Part shown: positions 29,771 to 37,925 of the stretch, piece by piece
Position numbering within the stretch: the stretch's first letter is position 1
Layout: every line of letters begins with the position of its first letter
Source of the DNA: Patescibacteria group bacterium
GTDB taxonomy: Bacteria > Patescibacteriota > Patescibacteriia > Magasanikbacterales > GWA2-37-8
Direction of reading: 5' to 3'
Assembly: GCA_028688375.1 (NCBI GenBank)
Contig: JAQTYG010000001.1
Location: 183,420-247,419, forward strand
DNA: 64,000 nucleotides
Notes under the pieces: generated by a model
The model's database searches: none
The model's input: the letters and a program-made list of their open reading frames with translations, nothing else
Told to the model about the DNA's origin: nothing
Program-made: the position numbers and the translations under genes

Positions 29771-31006
29771 TCCTAAGTACTTCTTTCCTCGCAATTCCTT
29801 CGGAAGGTACTCTTGGTCTTCCTTATAATCAAACTCCGGAGAATATTTATAGTCCTTGCCGTAACCGATTTCTTTCATAAACTTGGTCGGCGCATTGCGC
29901 AAATGCAACGGCACACCGAGATGCGAGGTGGCGCGAGCGTCCTCGGCCGCCGCGCCGTAGGCCGTATATAACAAATTAGATTTTTTTGACTTGGCGCAAT
30001 AGACCACGGCCTGGGCCAAATGCACGGTGCACTCCGGATAACCGATTTTATGGCAAGCGTCGTAAGCGGCATTGGCCTGGATCATGGCCTCGCCGTTGGC
30101 CATACCGATATCTTCGCTGGCGAATCGCAATACTCGACGCGCCACGTAAAGCGGGTCGGCTCCGCCTTCCAGCATGCGCGCCAACCAATACAAAGCGGCG
30201 TCCGGATCGCTGCCGCGCATGGATTTGTGCAGAGCGGAAATGAGATTGTAAAACTCTTCGCCTTTTTTATCAAAAATCAAATGGGTTTTTTGCAAAGCCT
30301 CTTTGATATCCTCTTTGGTAATTTTAATAGACGACTTACCTCCTTTAACTTGCGCCTTCACCGCCAGCTCCAAACCGTTCAACGCCACGCGCGCGTCACC
30401 GCCGGCCAGCTCGGCTAATATTTCAATGACCTGGTCGTCAATTTTAATATTCAAATTTCCCAGACCGCTGTCTTTGTCGGCTAAAGCGCGCCGGATAATA
30501 GCCGTGATATCCGCCGGCGCGAGTGATTTTAAAATAAATACGCGCGACCGCGACAGCAGCGCGCCGATGATTTCAAACGACGGATTTTCCGTGGTGGCGC
30601 CGATTAAAATCAACGTCCCTTTTTCCACGTAAGGCAACAGCGCGTCTTGTTGGGCCTTATTCCAACGATGGATTTCATCAATAAACAAAACCGTGCGCCG
30701 GCCCTCGGCCAATTTTTCCTTGGCTTCTGCCACCACTCGGCGCAACTCTTCTTTACCGCTCATCACCGCGGAAATCTGCACAAAATGCGCGTGGGATTTT
30801 TCCGCCACAATGCCGGCTAAAGTGGTCTTCCCCACTCCGGGCGGACCCCAAAAAATAAGCGAGGAAACATCGTCGCTTTCCACTAATTTTCGCAGGAGAC
30901 GCCCCGCGCCGACCACCTCCTCCTGCCCGAAAAAATCTTCAAAATTTTTCGGCCGCATTCTGTCGGCGAGCGGCGCTGTATTTTTACTCGCTGGCCTCTC
31001 GCTCAT
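29768..31006 (-). CDS. rarA: Replication-associated recombination protein A (AAA+ ATPase)
   Basis: FWGPPGVGKTTLAGIVAEKS Walker A, LFIDEIHRWNKAQQDALLPYVE (Walker B/sensor), 412 aa; MgsA/RarA architecture. Confidence 0.8.
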   Translation of the reverse strand: MSERPASKNTAPLADRMRPKNFEDFFGQEEVVGAGRLLRKLVESDDVSSLIFWGPPGVGKTTLAGIVAEKSHAHFVQISAVMSGKEELRRVVAEAKEKLAEGRRTVLFIDEIHRWNKAQQDALLPYVEKGTLILIGATTENPSFEIIGALLSRSRVFILKSLAPADITAIIRRALADKDSGLGNLNIKIDDQVIEILAELAGGDARVALNGLELAVKAQVKGGKSSIKITKEDIKEALQKTHLIFDKKGEEFYNLISALHKSMRGSDPDAALYWLARMLEGGADPLYVARRVLRFASEDIGMANGEAMIQANAAYDACHKIGYPECTVHLAQAVVYCAKSKKSNLLYTAYGAAAEDARATSHLGVPLHLRNAPTKFMKEIGYGKDYKYSPEFDYKEDQEYLPKELRGKKYLG

Positions 31007-31015
31007 ATGATGATG

Positions 31016-33169
31016 TTATGTTTTTTCTTGTGGCGTCGAAGCGATTTGCTCTGCCAACTCCTGTAAAATTTCTTCACGCGTGCGCTCGAAACCGGCGTCA
31101 TCCAAAATCACGAACCCGCCGTCGGCCTCTTCTTTCACCACGAAAGAATCGGGCACAATATCGCTTAAAAATTTACGCGCCGCGCCGGCGGCCATCTCGG
31201 ACGACATCCCTTCGCTCTTAAAACGGTGGCTTAGCGACAATTCGGCCTGGCGCCGCGCCGTCTCAATCGCTTTAGAAACTTCCGCGCCCTGTTCGGCTCT
31301 TTTTATGGCGCCCAGATGTTCGCGCAAGCGTTGGTCCTCCCTCCCCCTCTTTTTCTCCCCCTCGGGCAGGGGGAGAGACGCGCCGTCTTCTCGCCCGCTT
31401 TCTCCGTCAGCTCGTTCCGCGCTACCGACCGCGGTTTTGACTACCCGGCTGTTGGTGGCTTTTTGCAATTCCAACAGCAAATCATTGATATCTTCTCCGT
31501 TCGGCAAAGCTACTGTCACTTCATCCCCGCCGACTAAAGTAAAAATTTTATCTTTAGAATAATATCGGCCACAAACCTCCGCCACCTTGGCGCGCACCTC
31601 GCGCATTCTTTTTGTGGTGCTGTCCCCGGCTTTCAACGAGGCCTCGGCTAAACTTATTTTACCCGCATCAATGTCGTTCAACAAACGCTCATATTCCAAA
31701 AGCAAATCCACGCCCAAATCCATCACGTCAATGGAGACATACACCGCGTCCGGCATTTTCATCGCCTCGGAATGAAAAATTTCCGGCGAGGCGCAGGTCG
31801 CGTCTTTTTGATCTACTTTCAAAATGGCCGCGACGGCTTGGCGGTCGGCTTGATTAAGGTCCTTCATTTTCGCCAAATCAATCAAGCGCCGGGTTTTATC
31901 GACTTTGTTTTTCAAGGTATCGTCGGCCGAACCAGGCAATGAATTTTTCCCGGCAATTTCATCGGCGGTAAGCGGTTTGAATAAATCTAACAAATTAACT
32001 CGGCGAATATATTGTTCAACTTTTTTTACCGCTTCTTCTTGGCCGGGCGCCGGTTCAAATTTATTTTTTCTGATCGCCCTGACTAAATCACGATTGATCG
32101 TCCGCCGGCCGTCCACGGTTTGCCAAACCTCAAACGGCAAGCCGTTTTTATCTTTAATTACACCGGCCAATTCTTTACCCGAAGCGATAATATTTCCGAT
32201 TTCAGCTTTAATAAATTTAGCGTCATATTCCCCGCCGTATTTTTTCTGCTCGCCATGCCGTAAAACCTGCGCCATCTGTTGGCTTTCGGCCACGGCCAAA
32301 GCGGCCGGGGTGTAGTCGCCGGATTTTGGCGAAGCGCCAACTTTGCTGGCGCCAAAAGTCGCTTTAAAACCCCACTGGCCGAGCTTGTTTTTAAAACTAT
32401 CCAATTTTTTTAATTTGGCTTCTTTGGCCGCCGGCGCCAGGGACGAATTTTTTAATTCTGTTTCTTTGGTTTTGATAGTTTCCAGAATCACTTTTACCAT
32501 GGCCTGATCCAATTGCCGACCGAGAGCGTTCATAATGTCGGCGGTTTTATCCGGGCCGCCCAATTCTTTTATTTTTTCTTGGTTCGGTTTCAAAATCCCA
32601 CTGCGAAAATCCTGATGCAAAATTTCCAGTCCATGGTGTTCGGCCAGCGAAGCCATGTAGTTTTTTCTGTGGTCAATAATTTCGTCAGTTAACTGTTGAC
32701 CGAATAATTCGTCGTTAAAATATTTGACGGAAAAAATACCGGCCGGCATGGAAAAATATATGGCCGTATCGCCCTGGCGCAATTCGCTAAAAATCTTTTG
32801 CCAGCTGCGCGACTCCAAGGACGAGGCGATATTGGCTGATTCGCGATCTGTCAGCTCTGCCATCTCTCCACCCGCCAATTTATTAATAAATTCCGCCCGC
32901 GCCAAAGCGCCACGAGTGCGTTCCAGCGTCGCCGAGTCAACCAATTCCGTTTCCACCCGCCGTTGATATTCGCGCGTTTTCTTTTTGTCCGGACTGACTA
33001 ATTCCACCACTGCTGCGCCCTCGTCAAGACCGTCAATCATCAGGCGGTCCACCGCGTTCTCCACATCCGCTTCAGATATTTCAATCTCCCGTCCTTGAGG
33101 GGCGATTTCCGGCGACTGGGGATAAATTTCTTTCTCAGGCAAAATTGCCGCGGCTTTGTTATTGGTCAT
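31016..33169 (-). CDS. Hypothetical 717 aa protein, coiled-coil/charged N-terminal region and a C-terminal degenerate GGDEF-like (nucleotide cyclase fold) domain; carries an in-frame repeat insertion
   Basis: VSIDVMDLGVD ... GDSTTKRMREV ... LVGGDEVTVALP parallels the DxD...GDE...GGDEF blocks of diguanylate cyclases (GGDEV instead of GGDEF); segment [16 protein letters not shown] comes from repeat family C. Confidence 0.35.
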   Translation of the reverse strand: MTNNKAAAILPEKEIYPQSPEIAPQGREIEISEADVENAVDRLMIDGLDEGAAVVELVSPDKKKTREYQRRVETELVDSATLERTRGALARAEFINKLAGGEMAELTDRESANIASSLESRSWQKIFSELRQGDTAIYFSMPAGIFSVKYFNDELFGQQLTDEIIDHRKNYMASLAEHHGLEILHQDFRSGILKPNQEKIKELGGPDKTADIMNALGRQLDQAMVKVILETIKTKETELKNSSLAPAAKEAKLKKLDSFKNKLGQWGFKATFGASKVGASPKSGDYTPAALAVAESQQMAQVLRHGEQKKYGGEYDAKFIKAEIGNIIASGKELAGVIKDKNGLPFEVWQTVDGRRTINRDLVRAIRKNKFEPAPGQEEAVKKVEQYIRRVNLLDLFKPLTADEIAGKNSLPGSADDTLKNKVDKTRRLIDLAKMKDLNQADRQAVAAILKVDQKDATCASPEIFHSEAMKMPDAVYVSIDVMDLGVDLLLEYERLLNDIDAGKISLAEASLKAGDSTTKRMREVRAKVAEVCGRYYSKDKIFTLVGGDEVTVALPNGEDINDLLLELQKATNSRVVKTAVGSAERADGESGREDGASLPLPEGEKKRGREDQRLREHLGAIKRAEQGAEVSKAIETARRQAELSLSHRFKSEGMSSEMAAGAARKFLSDIVPDSFVVKEEADGGFVILDDAGFERTREEILQELAEQIASTPQEKT
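31337..31384. repeat. Intragenic palindromic repeat element family C, copy 2
   Basis: tccctccccctctttttctccccctcgggcagggggagagacgcgcc; near-identical to 25286..25340; translated in frame within the 717 aa ORF. Confidence 0.75.
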
Positions 33170-33492
33170 AAATGTTTAATTTTTTTAACAAGATCTTTTA
33201 TCGCCGTTGAATCTACCGCTAATTTCTGCGCGGCCCGGGCGGATAAAACTTTCTGTCTCGCTCGCGCGCCGACAGCCAAGACTCGTTCCGCGAATTTCGG
33301 ATCTTCGGTCTGGCGTTTTTTAATCTCTTCTTTTTGGAAAGCGATCACTTCCAGCAAAATTTTTGCCAGATGCTCAAGGCCGGACGGCGGTAATTCTCCC
33401 GCCCGATTCAAAATTTCCGCCTTAAAGGACGGGGCAAAAATAAAGATTCGGCGCAATAATTCACCGATGTTTTTAGCTTTTTTTTCCTCCAT
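33166..33492 (-). CDS. Hypothetical small protein (108 aa), translationally coupled to the 717 aa gene
   Basis: ATGA stop/start overlap at 33166..33169; AGGAG Shine-Dalgarno 9 nt upstream; charged helical protein, no recognisable motif. Confidence 0.45.
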   Translation of the reverse strand: MEEKKAKNIGELLRRIFIFAPSFKAEILNRAGELPPSGLEHLAKILLEVIAFQKEEIKKRQTEDPKFAERVLAVGARARQKVLSARAAQKLAVDSTAIKDLVKKIKHL

Positions 33493-33533
33493 ACGTTATG
33501 CTCCTATTTTATCACTTTACACCAACGGGGTCA

Positions 33534-33575
33534 AAAAAACCCGCCCCGCATTTTGCGGGGCGGGGCGGGCTTTTT
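33534..33575 (-). terminator. Rho-independent terminator (GC hairpin CCCGCCCCGC-loop-GCGGGGCGGG followed by T7 on the minus strand) downstream of the FN3-repeat protein gene
   Basis: Read directly; a perfect 10 bp GC stem plus a U-tract. Confidence 0.8.
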
Positions 33576-33581
33576 CAGCAT

Positions 33582-36110
33582 TTATTGCGCTGTCTGAAAG
33601 TAATGGAAGCTGCGATAATCAGACCAGGGAGTATAGGTTGAATTATTTAATTTGGCGCGCACTCGGAAACGATAGGTGTTATCTGTGCCCGGCGCCCAAT
33701 AGCTGTAAGAATTACTACCGGTGATATAGGTATTAACAAGCGCCCACTGGCTGGAATAACCGTTGCAATAATCGCAGGCCACTTCCACGTCGTAATTTTG
33801 GGCGTTGCTGACCGAATACCAGCCCAGATTAACCGAGCGCGAACTTTGATTGATCGCCGCGTTGTTGGCCGGAGTATAAACTACCGGCGCATTGCCGTAA
33901 GAATTGCCGTTGGAAGAACCGCCGGCGTTAACCGAGAACTCTCGCCAATCAGACCAATTGGAATAAGCGCCATCGGAAAATTTCGTGCGCACGCGCATTC
34001 GATAATTATTATCGTACGAAAAATACATGGTGGCGAAATTGCTCCAGGCGGTCTGGGTGCGTTCCTCATACCAGCCGGTGCCGGATTTGTAATTGACGTT
34101 TATTTCGTAAGAAACAGAATGGCTATCATTTGACCAAGTGGCGTAAACATTGCGGCCGGTAAATGTCTGGCCGGCGTTCGGCATACTGATCAAAGGCGCG
34201 TCATCTAAATGATCATAACCGCCGCCATACGGCCCAACCATAAACTCTCGCCAATCAGACCAATCGCCGTAGGAATTATCCCAAAATTTAGCGCGAGCGC
34301 GCAAACGATAATAACCGTCATTGGTTACGTTGAAATTTAAACTATTTTGGATAGAGCCGTAAATACCGTCAGGCGTGCCATAGACATACCAGGTATTTCC
34401 AGATTTGTAATTAACCTCTACTGCATAAACATAAGCGCTGGGGACAGCGGTCCAACTGGAATAAACGGTGTGGTAGGTTAAGTACTGATCCTCGGTCGGA
34501 TTATATACGGAAATCCCGTTGGAATTGGAATTGTATTTATAATGGAAATAGCGATAATCAGACCAGGTGGTAAAATTGCCATTGCCTAAATTGGCGCGCA
34601 CGCGAAAATGGCACCAGGTATCGTCGCCGTGAACGGCATATAAATTATAGACGGCGCCGAACGGCAAATACGGATAAATAGTTTCAGTGCCATAGCCGTC
34701 GCAAGTCATTTCTATGATGTAACCGGTAACACCGGACACGCCGCTCCAACTTAAAGACACCATGCGACTGCCATTTTCAACCACGGCATTTTGCGCCGGA
34801 GTATAAATTACGGGGGCGGTAGTGTTATTATTGGTGCCGACGGTAAACTCTCGCCAGTCAGACCAATCGCTGTAGACAGAAGTGGTAAAATGGGCGCGGA
34901 CGCGGAAACGATATTTGTTATCGTCGCTAATATTCAGAGTGGGATTAACGTTGTAGACAGAGGTGTTGCTTTTGTTCACCCAAGCGCCATTGGAAAAATA
35001 ATCAAGATCCATTTCATAAGCCTGTGCGCCGGAATTGCTGGTCCAGCTGGCATTCACGAGATGATCATTGAAAACCTGGCCCTGCCACGGCGCGGTGATC
35101 ACCGGCGCGTCGTAATTGTGACTTCCGTTGTCATAATAAAAATGGTTGTATTCGCTCCACCCGCCGTAACTGCCGTTGCGGAAAGCGCGGACGCGGAAAC
35201 TGTATTGGCCAAAAACGCCGGAAGATAAAGTGACAGAAGTGTCGCTCGCGGTAATCGTGTTTTCCACCACCAAAACCCAAAATGAACCATTGTTTCTGGT
35301 CACTTGATATTGGTAAGCGGTGGCGCCGGCCACGACCGACCAATCCAAAGTTACATTATTACTTGTCAAATGGGCTTCATCAGTCGGCAAAAGAAGCGAC
35401 GGGACGGTTAAATCCGTGCCCGAATGCGTATCCACCTTAAAATACCGCCACTCAGACCAGTTGGTGTAGGTGTTGTTGGATAATTGCGCGCGAATTTTCA
35501 CGCGGTAACTGTTATCCCAAATGCCTTCGCCGATCACGTAATTATTGCTGGTTTGATAATCAACAAAATTTTTCCAAACGCCGTTGGAAGAATATTCCAC
35601 CGTAATAAAATAGGTTTGCGCGCTGACGACCGAGTTCCAATGGAAATCCGTGGAGTCCCAATCCATCGTTTGGTTGGCGCCTGGCACGGTAATCACCGGA
35701 GCGGTGGTCACCGGAGTTTGGGCGGAAGTATTAAATCTAAAATATTTATAATCAGACCAGTAACCGGCGGTAGCGCCATCATAAGCGCGGACACGCCAGC
35801 GGAATTGGTTGTCGCCCGGCATGGTTACGGTCAAAGTTCTGGCCGTAGTAGAATAGGTTTTAGCGCCCTGCCATTTGTTGGTTTTGCTGACGCAAACATC
35901 GCAGGTCACTTCCACTTCATACTTGGTGGCGTGGGAGACACTATCCCAGGTGAAGGTGGTTTGACGCGGATAATTAGTCAAGGTTTGATTGGACGCCGGA
36001 GCGGTCAAGTACGGAGCCGATAAAACCGAGGCCTTGGCCGTACCGACAGCAAAAAACGACGCCACAAAAATGACGGCGAGCCAAGCAACGATTTGGGGAT
36101 ATTTACGCAT
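33582..36110 (-). CDS. Secreted/cell-surface protein with about 8 tandem fibronectin type III-like repeats
   Basis: N-terminal signal peptide MRKYPQIVAWLAVIFVASFFAVGTAKA; recurrent about 95 aa units each ending Y/F-RFRVRA ... WSDWREF / WSDYRYF. Confidence 0.7.
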   Translation of the reverse strand: MRKYPQIVAWLAVIFVASFFAVGTAKASVLSAPYLTAPASNQTLTNYPRQTTFTWDSVSHATKYEVEVTCDVCVSKTNKWQGAKTYSTTARTLTVTMPGDNQFRWRVRAYDGATAGYWSDYKYFRFNTSAQTPVTTAPVITVPGANQTMDWDSTDFHWNSVVSAQTYFITVEYSSNGVWKNFVDYQTSNNYVIGEGIWDNSYRVKIRAQLSNNTYTNWSEWRYFKVDTHSGTDLTVPSLLLPTDEAHLTSNNVTLDWSVVAGATAYQYQVTRNNGSFWVLVVENTITASDTSVTLSSGVFGQYSFRVRAFRNGSYGGWSEYNHFYYDNGSHNYDAPVITAPWQGQVFNDHLVNASWTSNSGAQAYEMDLDYFSNGAWVNKSNTSVYNVNPTLNISDDNKYRFRVRAHFTTSVYSDWSDWREFTVGTNNNTTAPVIYTPAQNAVVENGSRMVSLSWSGVSGVTGYIIEMTCDGYGTETIYPYLPFGAVYNLYAVHGDDTWCHFRVRANLGNGNFTTWSDYRYFHYKYNSNSNGISVYNPTEDQYLTYHTVYSSWTAVPSAYVYAVEVNYKSGNTWYVYGTPDGIYGSIQNSLNFNVTNDGYYRLRARAKFWDNSYGDWSDWREFMVGPYGGGYDHLDDAPLISMPNAGQTFTGRNVYATWSNDSHSVSYEINVNYKSGTGWYEERTQTAWSNFATMYFSYDNNYRMRVRTKFSDGAYSNWSDWREFSVNAGGSSNGNSYGNAPVVYTPANNAAINQSSRSVNLGWYSVSNAQNYDVEVACDYCNGYSSQWALVNTYITGSNSYSYWAPGTDNTYRFRVRAKLNNSTYTPWSDYRSFHYFQTAQ

Positions 36111-36114
36111 AGGC

Positions 36115-36160
36115 TTGTTTATTAGTTTATTGGTTAATTGGTTTATTAGTAATTAGGAAT
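36115..36160. promoter_or_regulatory. AT-rich short direct repeats (TTTATTAGT / TTAATTGG) upstream of the FN3-protein gene, possible UP element or binding-site array
   Basis: gtttattagtttattggttaattggtttattagtaattagg read directly. Confidence 0.25.
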
Positions 36161-36202
36161 ACGCTTAGTTTAGCAAAAAGTGACTTACTAACATAGCACA
36201 TC

Positions 36203-36231
36203 TTGACAAAAATGTCAATACATGCTATATT
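36203..36231 (+). promoter_or_regulatory. Near-consensus sigma70 promoter (TTGACA-17-TATATT) whose -35 is embedded in the palindrome TTGACAAAAATGTCAA
   Basis: Read directly; drives the GC-rich two-gene cassette starting at 36304. Confidence 0.65.
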
Positions 36232-36303
36232 TCTCTGTTCTAGCTCTTTGCCCAATTCAAGGGAATCAGGCCGTTTTTACGGCTTTCAACAAAGGAGCGA
36301 GCC

Positions 36304-36546
36304 ATGAAAAGGGTTTATTACTACCACTTTCCTGGTGGTCCGGGCGGGATCTTCGGAGCCAGCCCCTACGGCCAGATCATGATCCGCGACCTGGCGGATG
36401 GCGGGAAGGAGACGTACAGCGAGTATCTCACTGATATCGAGCTCCTGATCCTCCTGCTGAATGAACTGGCGAAGGACCCGCGGTGCAACAAGAACGACAT
36501 CGCTCGGGCCAAGGCCGAGATCCAGCGGAAGCTGGGCAAGAAGTAG
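36304..36546 (+). CDS. Hypothetical small protein (80 aa), GC-rich cassette gene 1
   Basis: AAAGGAG Shine-Dalgarno 7 nt upstream of ATG; about 60 percent GC versus under 40 percent in flanks; no recognisable domain. Confidence 0.55.
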   Translation: MKRVYYYHFPGGPGGIFGASPYGQIMIRDLADGGKETYSEYLTDIELLILLLNELAKDPRCNKNDIARAKAEIQRKLGKK

Positions 36547-36548
36547 CC

Positions 36549-37016
36549 ATGGAGACCACGCACGCCCACACCAACTTGTGCGAATGCGGACTATGCTGTG
36601 AGGGCAACCCGCATGTCTACATCGAGCTCAAAAACAAAAAACAGCGCCATGGGCCATTCGAATCGGCCTTCGAGGCGCTGATATTCCTCTTCGGGCGAAC
36701 CGCCAGCAAGGTGGTCACCAAAGAGGAGACCGGAAAGGAGGTCCTGACCGCCGATCTGGACAAGAAAGAGGCGGTCGAGATCGGCCAGTGGATTCTGAAC
36801 ATCCTGCCCCACGGCCGGACCGACACCACCACCGCCGCCACCGAGCTCAAGCGCGAGCTCGAACGCCACCACAACGGACAGTCCGTCCGCCTGCTTGAAC
36901 TGGCGGACGCTATGTTCGCTCCCCTGTTGGAAGGGGAAAAGTCCTTTGATAAGCTCCCACCGCCCCGAGAGCGCGAGAAGCTCTCGCTACGATACGTCGT
37001 GGCTACCGGCGGTTGA
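36549..37016 (+). CDS. Hypothetical protein (155 aa) with N-terminal Cys cluster (CECGLCCEGNPH), GC-rich cassette gene 2
   Basis: ATG immediately after the gene 1 stop (the ORF track's longer 36483 start overlaps gene 1 and is less likely); followed by a terminator at 37040. Confidence 0.5.
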   Translation: METTHAHTNLCECGLCCEGNPHVYIELKNKKQRHGPFESAFEALIFLFGRTASKVVTKEETGKEVLTADLDKKEAVEIGQWILNILPHGRTDTTTAATELKRELERHHNGQSVRLLELADAMFAPLLEGEKSFDKLPPPREREKLSLRYVVATGG

Positions 37017-37039
37017 GCTTCCGACCCACCCGCACCCCC

Positions 37040-37077
37040 GGCCGTCCTGACACATGTTAGGACGGCCTTTCTCTTTT
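37040..37077 (+). terminator. Rho-independent terminator (GGCCGTCCT-loop-AGGACGGCC followed by TTTCTCTTTT)
   Basis: Read directly, 9 bp perfect stem plus a U-rich tract. Confidence 0.7.
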
Positions 37078-37086
37078 ATACACGGA

Positions 37087-37115
37087 TTGACTTTGGCCGA
37101 TTTTTACGCTATAAT
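37087..37115 (+). promoter_or_regulatory. Near-consensus sigma70 promoter TTGACT-17-TATAAT
   Basis: Read directly; no ORF follows, only a structured approximately 130 nt segment ending in a terminator. Confidence 0.6.
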
Positions 37116-37217
37116 TTTTTAGCTATTATAATCCGCCCGTTTAGGAACGGGCAACGAACATGGCCCGTTCGTCTATCAGTTAGGACACGGCCCTCTCAAG
37201 GCTGAAAGACGGGTGCG

Positions 37218-37236
37218 ATTCCCGTACGGGCTACAA
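37218..37236. repeat. 19 nt direct repeat ATTCCCGTACGGGCTACAA, copy 1 (tRNA-3'-end-like)
   Basis: Identical 19-mer recurs at 37449..37467. Confidence 0.6.
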
Positions 37237-37245
37237 AATTAAAAG

Positions 37246-37270
37246 GTCCAGCGCAAGCTGGGTTTTTTAA
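37246..37270 (+). terminator. Rho-independent terminator CCAGC-GCAA-GCTGG followed by GTTTTTTAATTTT
   Basis: Read directly (GNRA-like tetraloop hairpin plus U-tract). Confidence 0.65.
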
Positions 37271-37296
37271 TTTTGTAATTTGTCCAGGGAATCGCA

Positions 37297-37317
37297 CCTG
37301 CCTGCCGGCAGGCAGGC
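37297..37317. repeat. GC-rich palindromic repeat family D (CCTGCCTGCCGGCAGGCAGGC), left flank of the AT-rich defense island
   Basis: 20/21 identical to 42257..42277; core TGCCTGCCGGCAGGCA is a perfect palindrome. Confidence 0.55.
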
Positions 37318-37448
37318 GGGCAGGAGCGAGCAACGAAGTTTTTGCGGAAGCAAAAACGAGGAAGCGAGAGTCGGCGGACTTCCAGTGAAAGTCCGCCGCT
37401 GCCCAGGACAAGGAGCCGAGCCGATTGTGGTCGGCTCGGCGACGCGGA

Positions 37449-37467
37449 ATTCCCGTACGGGCTACAA
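37449..37467. repeat. 19 nt direct repeat ATTCCCGTACGGGCTACAA, copy 2
   Basis: Identical to 37218..37236; preceded by several GC hairpins (GGCGGACTT..AAGTCCGCC, GCCGAGCCGA..TCGGCTCGGC). Confidence 0.6.
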
Positions 37468-37544
37468 CTGGCTTTTTGCTGAGGTTCCAGTTCACCAGCA
37501 CACTTTTTGCCCACTCGCTTTTGGCGGGACGATTTCAAGTTTTT

Positions 37545-37925
37545 TTATTTTTTGACAACATTGTCCTTGTTAAACAAAAAACCCACTACTATCAATGCTA
37601 ACCCGATCGTTTTTAAAAAACTCTCTCCAACAAAAAATGGCACAATATAACCTTCGTTAAAGCTCATCCATTTAAATCCTACTGCCACTATAACAAAAAA
37701 ATCAAAAACAACAATTGAAATGATAACCCGTAATAACCAATCAGACCATGTCCTTCTCATGCCCATTATATCCAGTCTTTCGCGAGCCAAAATTTGCGCA
37801 ATTATTTTATCCTGCTCCAGCTGGCTCATTTTCCTTTGTGTTTCTAAATCAGGCCCAACAATATCGTAAGTCGTTTGTTCCTCCAATATCTTTTTGACTT
37901 CCTCAACTGTTACGCGATTTTCCAT
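37545..37925 (-). CDS. Small membrane protein (126 aa, soluble N-terminal domain plus 2 TM helices); holin-like or membrane anchor
   Basis: WLLRVIISIVVFDFFVIVAVGF and LKTIGLALIVVGFLF hydrophobic helices; overlaps the ImmA-like gene by 16 nt. Confidence 0.45.
   Translation of the reverse strand: MENRVTVEEVKKILEEQTTYDIVGPDLETQRKMSQLEQDKIIAQILARERLDIMGMRRTWSDWLLRVIISIVVFDFFVIVAVGFKWMSFNEGYIVPFFVGESFLKTIGLALIVVGFLFNKDNVVKK

Larger units (their letters stand above)
37125..37270 (+). ncRNA. Candidate small structured RNA (promoter-to-terminator unit, about 130-145 nt) with a tRNA-like 3' motif (ACGGG-TGCGATT-CCCGT-ACGGGCT-ACAA)
   Basis: Bracketed by the 37087 promoter and the 37246 terminator; several stem-loops (GCCCGTT-tagga-AACGGGC; ACGAAC-atggccc-GTTCGT); T-arm-like and acceptor-like 3' end. 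Not a confident tRNA or tmRNA. Confidence 0.3.

Noticed and set aside
36483-37016. Longer start (36483) for the second GC-rich cassette gene
   Set aside because: It overlaps gene 1 by 64 nt in another frame. The ATG at 36549 directly follows the gene 1 stop and is the simpler model.
37130-37236. Calling 37130..37236 a bona fide tRNA gene
   Set aside because: At about 104 nt it is too long for a standard tRNA. No convincing D-arm or anticodon arm could be drawn by eye. Kept only as a tRNA-like fragment/ncRNA candidate.
37275-37470. tmRNA or two-piece tmRNA hypothesis for the tRNA-like 3' motifs
   Set aside because: No plausible tag-peptide reading frame ending in ..LAA plus stop. The segments are far too short. 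The T-loop deviates (TGCGATT). A terminator separates the pieces.
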